A stretch of DNA of 64,000 bases. Origin: an uncultured virus (IMG/VR IMGVR_UViG_3300027760_000001). Its lineage: Duplodnaviria > Heunggongvirae > Uroviricota > Caudoviricetes. Shown one piece after another: positions 46,006-54,644 of the stretch (within the stretch, counting starts at the first letter, position 1; the number at the start of each line of letters is the position of its first letter). A program made the position numbers and the translations under genes. The notes under the pieces were generated by a model. The model saw only the letters and a list, made by a program, of their open reading frames with translations. It searched no databases and was not told the DNA's origin. Where the stretch lies: IMG/VR virus record IMGVR_UViG_3300027760_000001; one strand, 5' to 3'.

Positions 46006-46395
46006 ATGGCTTCTCGCATTCCTGCTGAGTTTTTCAATGAGTTCAGTAAAGTTGTCACCAAACACGTACTGGACAACCCTCAAGAGTTCAATAAGCTAAA
46101 GGATCGTCTTGAAATGTTGGAATGTGCCACTAGCAAGGCTGGTGCAGGAGCCCTTGGTTATTTGATGGCAAAAGCAGAAGCGGAGGCAAAAGAAGAAGAA
46201 ACAGATATTTACGATCAAGTGTTGCAAATCGTTAGAGATAACAGACAAAATGAATGGACCTGCACTGATGTCATTTTTACAGTCATTCATAAATGGCTCG
46301 ACAGAGTCTATGAGAAGGATGGCTTTGCGAAAGACTTTTCCGCGAGGGAGCTACTCTCTGAGTGTTTCAACCCTTACATTGCCACTGCTGTGTAA
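46006..46395 (+). CDS. Hypothetical protein
   Basis: ORF after the promoter, followed by a terminator. Confidence 0.65.
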   Translation: MASRIPAEFFNEFSKVVTKHVLDNPQEFNKLKDRLEMLECATSKAGAGALGYLMAKAEAEAKEEETDIYDQVLQIVRDNRQNEWTCTDVIFTVIHKWLDRVYEKDGFAKDFSARELLSECFNPYIATAV

Positions 46396-46429
46396 CAAGC
46401 ACCACACCACTTTCTCCCCCATTGCTCTT

Positions 46430-46457
46430 AGCCTTCTGCTTGCCGGAGGCTTTTTTT
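46430..46457 (+). terminator. Intrinsic terminator
   Basis: AGCCTTCTG/CGGAGGCT then T-run. Confidence 0.7.
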
Positions 46458-46658
46458 ATGAGCATGTTCAATGATCTTCCTTGTCCGTTCATGATGGATG
46501 ATATAAAAATATGGCCAGTACATAGTCGCCCTGAATATCAATGGTTTATTGCCCACCTAGGAGAACCATTTTATTTTCGTTCCAAGGCGGAGGCCGTTGC
46601 TTTTGCTAAGAAAATGCAAGCAGCCAGCCAAGACATCCCCAGTATTGAGCTAGGCTAG
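46458..46658 (+). CDS. Hypothetical protein
   Basis: WFIA..YFRSKAEAVAFA. Confidence 0.55.
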   Translation: MSMFNDLPCPFMMDDIKIWPVHSRPEYQWFIAHLGEPFYFRSKAEAVAFAKKMQAASQDIPSIELG

Positions 46659-46700
46659 AGCTGTTGTCACGGCCCGCCTGGAGCGGGCTTTTGTTGTCTC

Positions 46701-48131
46701 ATGAAGCTCAAAGAAAACGCACGTTGCGAAAAGATTGCTCGCACTGGTCGCATTGAAAGCTGGATGAATGATCCTGAAGGACGCCTGCCAGTGAGTTGTG
46801 CTGTGATGGTGGTAGAAGACTCAATGGAAGGGAGGAATGGCATTGAAGCGTCTTGGCGCTTTACTTCCCATGGTCTTCGCAATGGTGCTGGCGTAGCCAT
46901 TCATTTGTCCAAGCTTCGTGGTCGCAATCACCAGAATGGCAAGGGCCTCACGGCTTCCGGTCCTTGTTCATTCGGCAAGATCTATTCCACGTTGAATGAA
47001 ATTCTTCGTCGCGGGGGCAAGTTCAAGAACGGCGCTGTAGTGCTTCATCTTGATTACGATCACCCTGATGCCATGGAATTTATTTCCATGAAGCGAGAAG
47101 AGCTTCAATGGGCAAAACGCGCATTAAATGTAGACAGTGATTTCTTTGATAAAACCAGCCCAGAATTCAGGGCACAGTTGATCAAAGGCATTTCTAATGG
47201 TGATATTTGGCTTGTTAAAAAGAAATATGACAAAAATGGTGAGCGAGTGTATTTCCAAGTGTGCTTGGAAGTTGCCATGCCATCGCGAGGCACTTGTTTG
47301 CTGCAGCATGTAAATCTTGGCGCTTGCAAAGTGGACGATTTGCACGATGTTTTTCCAGAGGCAATGAAAGAATTGTGCGAGCTTCATGCTCGTACAGGCG
47401 TAGGAAACACTTCTGAATACCTTGGTCCTGATCAAGATAAGCAAGTGGGTCTTGGTATGCTTGGTCTCGCCAATTTCCTTTCCATCCATGGCGTCACTTA
47501 CAAAGAATTTGGAGAAGCCTTGGAAGCATGGAATGGCACGGATGTTACTGAATGGACAAAACTAAACAATACGAAAGTTGCTGACATCACTTTTGAGCTA
47601 GTGGTGGCAATTGAAAGGGCAGCGGAAGTAGCTCGTAAATACGGCATGCAACGTGCCTTTGCCATTGCTCCTACTGCCTCTTGCTCCTACCGCTACCTTG
47701 ATCTTGAAGGCTTCACTACCACGCCAGAAATTGCCCCTCCCATTGCTCAAGTTGTTGATCGCGATAGTGAGACGATGGGAGTGGAACGGTTTGATTATGG
47801 CCTCGTTGAAACGGCTGAGCAAGTGGGCTGGAAAGATTTCCGTAAAGTGGCAGATGGCATCATGAAGATCATGGAAGGCACTGGTCTTCTCCATGGTTAT
47901 TCAATGAACTGGTGGAGCGATATGGTTTCATGCGACGAAGATTTCCTTCGTGAATGGCTTAATAGTCCGCAAACTTCTCTTTATTACGCTCTTCAAGTGC
48001 AGGGAAATACGCAAGCAAAGGATGATGTTGGAGTAGACTTGGAAGAGAGCCTGAGTGAGTTCTTTAGTCTCGACGACGAGCCTGAAGTGTCTTCTTTTGA
48101 TGCTGGGTTCTGCAGCAGTTGCGCTGAATGA
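46701..48131 (+). CDS. nrdA: Ribonucleotide reductase alpha subunit, short cyanophage type
   Basis: RLPVSC, LRRGG, VCLEV, TCLL, IAPTASCS, SLYY, C-terminal CSSCAE. Confidence 0.9.
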   Translation: MKLKENARCEKIARTGRIESWMNDPEGRLPVSCAVMVVEDSMEGRNGIEASWRFTSHGLRNGAGVAIHLSKLRGRNHQNGKGLTASGPCSFGKIYSTLNEILRRGGKFKNGAVVLHLDYDHPDAMEFISMKREELQWAKRALNVDSDFFDKTSPEFRAQLIKGISNGDIWLVKKKYDKNGERVYFQVCLEVAMPSRGTCLLQHVNLGACKVDDLHDVFPEAMKELCELHARTGVGNTSEYLGPDQDKQVGLGMLGLANFLSIHGVTYKEFGEALEAWNGTDVTEWTKLNNTKVADITFELVVAIERAAEVARKYGMQRAFAIAPTASCSYRYLDLEGFTTTPEIAPPIAQVVDRDSETMGVERFDYGLVETAEQVGWKDFRKVADGIMKIMEGTGLLHGYSMNWWSDMVSCDEDFLREWLNSPQTSLYYALQVQGNTQAKDDVGVDLEESLSEFFSLDDEPEVSSFDAGFCSSCAE

Positions 48132-48201
48132 ACTATTAAAAAATGAGGCAGCATCTTTGCTGCCTTTTATTGTCTCTTTTTTCCCATCGCCCTTTTCCTC
48201 T

Positions 48202-48936
48202 ATGGCTACCAAGCTCGATTATTTTACTGCAGTGGCTAAAAAGCGTCCTTGGCAAGCAGTGCCAGTGACCAAAGGCGCCTTTGTCGAAGGTGCAGAAGAA
48301 ACCATCATGCGAGCACTGGCCATTCGCCACCTTGAGCTGCCTGTAAAGGACATGCTGCTAGAAGGCCTAGAGCGTGACCTTCCGGCATCTCCTGGGCTCA
48401 TCGAGAGCATCCATAGCAACATCCTTGATGAAGAGCGTCATGACCTTGCCTTGAACTATGTGGCGGCAGCTCATGGCACTGACGAAAAAGCAGAAAAGGA
48501 AGCTTTCCGCATTCGGCAAGCATGGGCAGACCACCCCGCCCACCCCATTGCCAAGGTGGCAGTGCTGGAAAGGAGCCTGTTCTTCACTATTCTTCCTTTC
48601 TTTCGTTTCAATGGTGACAAAGGACTGCGCACTGTTGCTAGTGACATTTCAAGGGACGAAATTTGTCATGCTTTTTGCCATACCAAGATTTGTGAAGAAG
48701 CTGGTGAAAAGTATGGCAATAGCTTGAACAAACTGCGTAAGATGACAGCGCTGTGGATTTATGACAATCTTGGCCAATCGTCTAATAAGTATCTAGATAA
48801 GGACTTCTGGCTGCGTCAAAGCGATAGCTTATTCATTAGCGGCAAAGCTCCTGAACTGAGCGACACCACTGCCAGCGTCATGCCAGCATTCTTTGAGGTG
48901 AATTCGCTGAACCTTCCTGCCTATGGCGCTGCGTAG
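48202..48936 (+). CDS. nrdB: Ribonucleotide reductase beta subunit (ferritin-like)
   Basis: HLELPV, DEERH, LERSLFF, DISRDEICH; adjacent to alpha. Confidence 0.82.
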   Translation: MATKLDYFTAVAKKRPWQAVPVTKGAFVEGAEETIMRALAIRHLELPVKDMLLEGLERDLPASPGLIESIHSNILDEERHDLALNYVAAAHGTDEKAEKEAFRIRQAWADHPAHPIAKVAVLERSLFFTILPFFRFNGDKGLRTVASDISRDEICHAFCHTKICEEAGEKYGNSLNKLRKMTALWIYDNLGQSSNKYLDKDFWLRQSDSLFISGKAPELSDTTASVMPAFFEVNSLNLPAYGAA

Positions 48937-48952
48937 TGCTATAGTTTGAAAC

Positions 48953-49380
48953 GATAGAGGCTTGGTCCCTGTTTGTCTACGCCTGGTTCACTCACAGCCC
49001 GATTGTCGGTAGGTCAGTCACACCAAGTTCTTCTGTCAATCCTCAGATGCCATTTCCTGGTTTCCGTAGTCTGGGGTGCTAAAAATGGAAATCAGCTTTC
49101 CCTCCATTGCTCTGTCGATGGAGAGCAGCACAAGGACTGGAAAATTCTGGTCCTTGCGTCTGCGTAGGGTTTGGTCCACCTTGGAGCCCTCGACCCATTT
49201 GGCAAGCTCGACGGACCTAGCGGTGGTTGCTGGCAATAGCCGGTGACCTACTTTGCAGAGACCGCTTAAACACCCCCTAAGCCTCTTAACAATGCTCAAA
49301 CAAGGGGGTCACTGGCCCTTGGTGTTGGATCACGCCAGGCACATAGCCTGGAACACTGGGTTCGATTCCCAGAAGCGCCC
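48953..49380 (+). ncRNA. Candidate large structured ncRNA (or ncRNA train) ending in a tRNA-like module
   Basis: Extended -10 TGcTATAGT at 48937-48945; continuous stems and pseudoknots; no credible ORF; T-arm CTGGG-TTCGATT-CCCAG. Confidence 0.6.
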
Positions 49381-49422
49381 TTCCCGCCCATGGTAAATTG
49401 GTGGCGTCATCCTTACGAAACC

Positions 49423-49962
49423 ATGAGCGCCTTTGTCACTTCAGACCTTCATTTGGGGCACAATAAAAGCCTCACTTTCCTCAAGCCAGATGGAAGCCTG
49501 CTACGTCCTTTCATGAACCTAGCAGACATGCACAATGTCTTGATTAGTCGCTGGAATAAAATAATTTCTCCCAAGGATAGAGTGTACATCCTTGGCGATG
49601 TAGCCATTGCACGAAATTCACTTTGCCTTTTGAATGAATTCAATGGGAGCAAAGTTCTCATCAAGGGAAATCATGACATATTTAAGCTTAAGGATTACTT
49701 GCCATATTTTGATGATATTCGCGGGGCCTTTGTTCGCGATGGCTTAATCTTCACCCATATTCCCATCCATAGCAAGTCTTTTGAGGGCCGTTACATCGGT
49801 AATGTACACGGTCATCTTCACTGTCATTCAGTCAGGCTTGATAATGGAGAAAAGGATAAGCGCTATTTCAATAGCTGCGTAGAACAGCATGATTTTACTC
49901 CAGTAGCATTGGAAGAAATCAAAGCCTACTTTGCGGGCAATGAACGAACGGCGCACGTTTGA
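49423..49962 (+). CDS. Calcineurin-like metallophosphoesterase
   Basis: SDLHLGH, LGD, GNHD, THIP, HGHLH. Confidence 0.9.
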   Translation: MSAFVTSDLHLGHNKSLTFLKPDGSLLRPFMNLADMHNVLISRWNKIISPKDRVYILGDVAIARNSLCLLNEFNGSKVLIKGNHDIFKLKDYLPYFDDIRGAFVRDGLIFTHIPIHSKSFEGRYIGNVHGHLHCHSVRLDNGEKDKRYFNSCVEQHDFTPVALEEIKAYFAGNERTAHV

Positions 49963-50176
49963 CACTCCAGTGAGGTCACGGTGGAATGCTCCCATTCATA
50001 ACATCCTGAAGGCAATTGACAGTCACACTGAACTATTTCTTTCCCATCGTGATCCTTGGCATTCAGAAAAGGCAAATGAACTCAGGCATTATTTGCATGA
50101 GTTAAAAGCTTATATTCACTCACAGGAAGAACTGCTGCAAGATAATCATTCGACTAATGCCCCTAGTCAGATTTGA
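49940..50176 (+). CDS. Hypothetical protein
   Basis: Overlaps the phosphoesterase end. Confidence 0.55.
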   Translation: MNERRTFDTPVRSRWNAPIHNILKAIDSHTELFLSHRDPWHSEKANELRHYLHELKAYIHSQEELLQDNHSTNAPSQI

Positions 50177-50233
50177 ACTGACACCTGTGCGAAGCTTAAA
50201 TTCGCTGCCTACTTCCAATTGGGCTACAGGGGC
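50158..50233 (-). tRNA. trnL: tRNA-Leu(UAA), short variable loop, CCA not encoded
   Basis: Acceptor GCCCCTG/TAGGGGC+A; anticodon arm GCGAA-TTTAAGC-TTCGC; T-arm GTCAG-TTCAAAT-CTGAC. Confidence 0.88.
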
Positions 50234-50236
50234 GTA

Positions 50237-50397
50237 AAAGCAGAGTTTCGTCGCAATAGACGATCAACAGGTGCGGCCTGTGCTCTGCTTTCGTTAAACA
50301 GTGGGCAAGTGCTTCAACTCACTTGGAATCCCCGTTAAAGCCAGCATGGACGAGAATGCTGGCAACCATCGGCCGATGGGCTTCTGCAGAAGCTCCA
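50237..50397 (-). ncRNA. Structured RNA 5' of the tRNA (three-way junction plus hairpins)
   Basis: AAAGCAGAG/CUCUGCUUU encloses two hairpins; further stems upstream. Confidence 0.45.
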
Positions 50398-50402
50398 AGA
50401 GT

Positions 50403-50630
50403 TTAGCAGTCATAGTCCTTGCATTGTTGACAGTCGGGAAAATCTTCGCACTCCCTCTCCCACCATTGCTCACTACTTAAACGAAGATATTCTCTTTTTT
50501 CTTGGTCATACTGCCTTGCAGCAGCCTCCCGCTCCTCACTGGAAGCAGCTTCATCATGAAGGGCATAAGCTGCCTCAATAGCAGCATGGAACGCAGCTTC
50601 AGTGGCTTCAGAAAGAACCATGCCAATCAT
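50403..50630 (-). CDS. Hypothetical protein
   Basis: C-terminal C..PDCQQCKDYDC. Confidence 0.6.
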   Translation of the reverse strand: MIGMVLSEATEAAFHAAIEAAYALHDEAASSEEREAAARQYDQEKREYLRLSSEQWWERECEDFPDCQQCKDYDC

Positions 50631-50651
50631 GCGGATGTAATGAAAGTTTAA

Positions 50652-50834
50652 TCAGGATAAGTCTTTTTCAGCCTTTCGTCGCCTCTCTATTTTTTGAAAA
50701 TTACGAAGCCTTGGCAAAAGCGATGGCTCGTAGAAATGATCTGCAGCCAACAGCCTTAATGCGGTTTGTCTATCGGCTTCCAGGATTGCAAGCAAATAAG
50801 ACGCTTCCTCAAACGAAAGTTCAAAAAGAGCCAT
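50652..50834 (-). CDS. Hypothetical protein
   Basis: Downstream of TerL. Confidence 0.55.
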   Translation of the reverse strand: MALFELSFEEASYLLAILEADRQTALRLLAADHFYEPSLLPRLRNFQKIERRRKAEKDLS

Positions 50835-50878
50835 TTATCTAAAGTGGAGCAACGTTATTTTTGAAGATTCTAATGGTG

Positions 50879-52258
50879 CTAGCGCACCAGGCTATTGATC
50901 CAATCAATGGTGTCATCTTTTGAGGCTTCAAGAATGGCTCCAGCAAGGGCAAAGGCATAGTCATCAATTCCGCTTTCTTTACCACCAGTTACCGCCCATT
51001 GTCCACTCTGTCGATAAATAATGCTTAAGTTTTTGAGCTGATTGATTGCTTTTTTATGCGGATACATTTCAACTAGGCCGGCATTAAAAAGCTCCTTCAT
51101 CTTGCTGAATGCTTTCATCTTTGTACTAACAGACCATGCCAGTTCGCAAATTGGATAGTCCTTGGCAAGGCTTTGAATGGTTGCAGAACTATTGAATTGG
51201 TCAAGCACAATGCTGGAGAATTCATAAATGGCATGGTGCTCCTTAATCCAATCCTCCACCTTGGCAATATTCACTTCTTTCTTGCCTGCAATTTCAAAAT
51301 CAGGATCGAAAGCGTGAAACTTATCTACGATTAGTCGCTGTCCTTCATAGTGGACAATACATGCAGTGTAATCATCACGGCCAACACCACCACGGGCTGG
51401 ATCCAATGCCAGTACATAAGTGCCCTTGAGCTCTCTATTGGGAACCAAAATATCGCGCTCTCTATTGACGGCAGCCTCAATGATCTCTGCCGCCAAAAGC
51501 GCGGAATTATTCTTTGCAAACTGGGCGCCAAATTCGATATGAAAGCTTTCTTCATCCTTCTTCCGTGCGTTCTCAAGGAAGTCACACCCCCATGGCAACG
51601 ATGGATTGATGTCCCAAGTGGGCACTTGTAATGCCTGCATGCCTGGAAACTCGCCACTTTCAGCTTGCCGAAAATGATCATAAAACAAGCCTGAAGTTAG
51701 CCAAGGCGAAGAAAGCTCAATGATCTTCCCATGGCTCCCAAACTGTGCGATGGAAGGAGCAAGTGCGTTGTACATGGCCTCGGCGCCACGGTTTGCATCG
51801 CCTTCCAAGCTGAATGCCAGCTCATCCTGAACAATGCCAACTACTGCCTTGCCACGAGATGCACGAGCTGATGCAGGAATGGCCTGAAACACGCAACCAT
51901 TGCTAATCTCTACTTCTAGGGCTGTCTCCCTGGTAATCTCTTGGTCAAAAGGACTATTGATAATTAATTGGCGAATGTTGTCTAGTGCAATCTTTGACTG
52001 CCCCAAATCATTGGCCACTGTAATGATGTACCACTTCTCGCCTTTTCGTACTCTTTTAATGAAATAATCACTTTGACAAAAACACATATAGGTGGCAGCT
52101 ACTGCCGCCATGAAAGTCTTGCCGCTGCGCCTTCCCATTGCCCAGATTGCATGGTTTATTTTCTTTTCAAACAAGCCATCTAAGATTTCACGCTGCTTGG
52201 GCCATAGTGGCACCTTGAGGGCATGTTCAGCAAACTGAGAGCAGGATAAATTTGCCAT
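50879..52258 (-). CDS. terL: Terminase large subunit
   Basis: GRRSGKT Walker A, VQDE Walker B, LSSP motif III, ALDPA and terminal DD nuclease residues. Confidence 0.92.
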   Translation of the reverse strand: MANLSCSQFAEHALKVPLWPKQREILDGLFEKKINHAIWAMGRRSGKTFMAAVAATYMCFCQSDYFIKRVRKGEKWYIITVANDLGQSKIALDNIRQLIINSPFDQEITRETALEVEISNGCVFQAIPASARASRGKAVVGIVQDELAFSLEGDANRGAEAMYNALAPSIAQFGSHGKIIELSSPWLTSGLFYDHFRQAESGEFPGMQALQVPTWDINPSLPWGCDFLENARKKDEESFHIEFGAQFAKNNSALLAAEIIEAAVNRERDILVPNRELKGTYVLALDPARGGVGRDDYTACIVHYEGQRLIVDKFHAFDPDFEIAGKKEVNIAKVEDWIKEHHAIYEFSSIVLDQFNSSATIQSLAKDYPICELAWSVSTKMKAFSKMKELFNAGLVEMYPHKKAINQLKNLSIIYRQSGQWAVTGGKESGIDDYAFALAGAILEASKDDTIDWINSLVR

Positions 52259-52266
52259 ATTGACGC

Positions 52267-52749
52267 CTAGATGGTTTCCATGGGGTGTAAATGTTCTTTG
52301 GGAACAAAGTAGGCGGGACGACCACGAGCTGGATCCGCCCAAAACTTCTCATTCATTGCTTCTTTGCCAAGGCACCATCCATGGACAAAAGTCTTGCCTT
52401 TTTCAATGGTCACAAGAACAAACTTCTTATTTGGGCTTTCGTTCTTTTGCACAATAAGATCGTAGGAATGTTTTGATCTTGTTTTCACATCAATGCCAGG
52501 GAGATCATCACTTCCTCGCTTGGCTTCAGCCTCTTTGTAGAGGTGGTGTTTCATTCCAAGCATGGATCCCACGGCCATCTCTCCAGCAGCACCCAAGAGA
52601 TGAATGTCGAGTGCCTGAGAGCCTTTCCATGCACCACCATTACGGCCACGCAGCCCCTTGGCGGCATTTACACTCTGCCGCCTGATGCCTTCCTCCATTG
52701 CCAGTGCTCTTTCCTCTTCGGTGAAAACAAACTCGATTGGAGTGGGCAT
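52267..52749 (-). CDS. Conserved phage protein, PD-(D/E)XK-like
   Basis: GAAGEMAV..DD..IDVKTR. Confidence 0.6.
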   Translation of the reverse strand: MPTPIEFVFTEEERALAMEEGIRRQSVNAAKGLRGRNGGAWKGSQALDIHLLGAAGEMAVGSMLGMKHHLYKEAEAKRGSDDLPGIDVKTRSKHSYDLIVQKNESPNKKFVLVTIEKGKTFVHGWCLGKEAMNEKFWADPARGRPAYFVPKEHLHPMETI

Positions 52750-52814
52750 AAAAAGGTGAGTGCTCGGGCCATTGTAGACCTTGTTAGGATAGTGTAAAGG
52801 CACATAATGAAACA

Positions 52815-54644
52815 ATGTCTGAAGAAATCGTAGACCTTGGACACGAAGGGATGCTGGGAGCACGTGCCGATGGCCTGGTGAATGTCCTGACTGGCATGGG
52901 CACTGGTCGCGACAAAAGCCAATACACCTCCTCCACCCCCATCGTCTTCTTGGGCCAAGAAGAACTGGAGAATTTATACAGCGAATGGATTCCCAAGCGC
53001 ATCATTGACATTGTTGCAGAGCAGTCCACGCGCAAAGGCTTCAAAGTATTGTTTGGTGGAGAAGGTGCCGCAGCAGAAGAAGTGGTGGGCATCGAGCAGG
53101 TGATTGAAGACTTGTATATCCTTGAAAACCTTGGTTTGGCTTCTAAAAATGCAAGACTCTTTGGTGGTGCCGTTATTCTTCTTTACATTGATGATGGAAG
53201 GTCAGCAGATCAGCCAGTTAATTATTCAAACATTCGTTCAGTTGAGGGAATGGAAGTATTAGATCGCTGGCAAATTGCGCCAGTAATCAATGAAGAAAGT
53301 CTTTATGACTATTCCAAGGCAACTTACTATCAAATTATTAGTGGAGATTTAATCAGGCAGCCACAGTTAGCAAAAATTCATAAAGATAGGATTCTGCGTT
53401 TTGATGGAGAATGGCTTCCTTATCGCATCAGGCAAAGGAACTATGGGTGGGGAATGAGTACGTTGCAAACTGTATATGACAGTTTCCGCTTTTATTCCAG
53501 CGGTATTAGCTCTGCCGCAACGCTTCTAACTGAATTTGATATTTTTGTCCACAAAATTAGGGGCCTTGCCTCCATGCTTGCTGCTGGCAAAGAAGGAGAT
53601 GTACGTAATCGCCTGATTGTCAACGATATGAGCAAAAGTGTTTATCGAGGCTATGCCATTGACGCCGAAAAAGAAGAACTAGCTTTCATTAGCCGCAACT
53701 TTGGCGGCATTGGAGAAATCTTGGAAAAGCTTCGCGTTGATATTATTGGTGCTTCCCAGATTCCCCATACGATTCTCTTCGGAGAAAGCCCTGGTGGACT
53801 TGGCTCGACTGGTCGCAGTGAAGAGCGTGATTTTGCCAAGCACCTAGGAGATTACCAAGCATCACATTACAAGCGTCCGTTGCAGCAGCTCATGAAAATG
53901 ATCATGCTCAGCAAAAAGGGTCCGACCAATGGCAGTGTCCCTGAATCTTGGCGCATTAAGTTCAATGATTTGTTTGAGCTTAATGAAAGGGAAAAAGCTG
54001 ACGTACGGGCGCGAGTGGCAGCCGTGGATGGGCGTTACGTGCAGCTCGGCATTCTCCACCCGAAGGAAGTAGCAGAAGCCCGCTATGGAGGCAGCGAGTG
54101 GTCAATGGAACTCACTCTTGATCCATCGCTTCCCCGTGAACTGCCTGCGCAGAAAGGCCAGCAGAATGTTCCTCCTGGCGGCAGAGACCCCCTGAACCAA
54201 GAGAATGGTACGTTGCCCATGGATGGCAGCAGGCAAGTGCAAGATGAGGCTGGGCTTTACTTGCCCCAAGATCTTGAAGCCATCAAAGAAGACGCCACTT
54301 TTGTCGATAAAAGCCTTCATGAGCAGGCTATTGCGTCAGCAAAGACGAAGTTCAAAGTGTGGCCCAGTGCAGTTGCCGGTGCTTACGTGTCGCGTAAGTA
54401 TCAAGAGCTATACAAGCGCAAGCATGGATCCCTAGAAGGAGCCTTTAAGGGGAAAAAAGAGCAAGCTGAGTATTTTAAGAAACAAGATGCGATTGATGCC
54501 GTAAAAATCGGAGGCCTACTGCTGGAAAAGGTGGACGAAACTGCCTTCATCTCAGACAATGACATTGAGCGGGCCATGAAGGAATGGAAGGAAGAAGCTC
54601 CTGCTCGTTTCAAGGACATCTTGGAAGCCGAAGATGCTGAATGA
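52815..54644 (+). CDS. Portal protein (DUF1073 type) with C-terminal extension
   Basis: DGLVNVLTGMG, ARLFGG, IHKDRILRF, IPHTILFGESPGGL; next to TerL and head genes. Confidence 0.88.
   Translation: MSEEIVDLGHEGMLGARADGLVNVLTGMGTGRDKSQYTSSTPIVFLGQEELENLYSEWIPKRIIDIVAEQSTRKGFKVLFGGEGAAAEEVVGIEQVIEDLYILENLGLASKNARLFGGAVILLYIDDGRSADQPVNYSNIRSVEGMEVLDRWQIAPVINEESLYDYSKATYYQIISGDLIRQPQLAKIHKDRILRFDGEWLPYRIRQRNYGWGMSTLQTVYDSFRFYSSGISSAATLLTEFDIFVHKIRGLASMLAAGKEGDVRNRLIVNDMSKSVYRGYAIDAEKEELAFISRNFGGIGEILEKLRVDIIGASQIPHTILFGESPGGLGSTGRSEERDFAKHLGDYQASHYKRPLQQLMKMIMLSKKGPTNGSVPESWRIKFNDLFELNEREKADVRARVAAVDGRYVQLGILHPKEVAEARYGGSEWSMELTLDPSLPRELPAQKGQQNVPPGGRDPLNQENGTLPMDGSRQVQDEAGLYLPQDLEAIKEDATFVDKSLHEQAIASAKTKFKVWPSAVAGAYVSRKYQELYKRKHGSLEGAFKGKKEQAEYFKKQDAIDAVKIGGLLLEKVDETAFISDNDIERAMKEWKEEAPARFKDILEAEDAE

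Noticed and set aside
48925..49380. tmRNA or intron-split tRNA (GGCGCT at 48925 can pair with AGCGCC at the 3' end)
   Set aside because: No G3-U70 Ala acceptor, no CCA, no tag reading frame or group I core recognised; the 5' match lies inside nrdB upstream of the -10 and is probably chance.
50237..50291. Canonical hammerhead ribozyme
   Set aside because: CUGANGA, GAAA and UH cannot all be placed in register; kept only as an unknown three-way junction.
52815..54644. Anti-CBASS Acb1 nuclease
   Set aside because: This family label is often attached to DUF1073 portals; no paired HxT 2H-phosphoesterase motifs are evident, and synteny indicates a portal.
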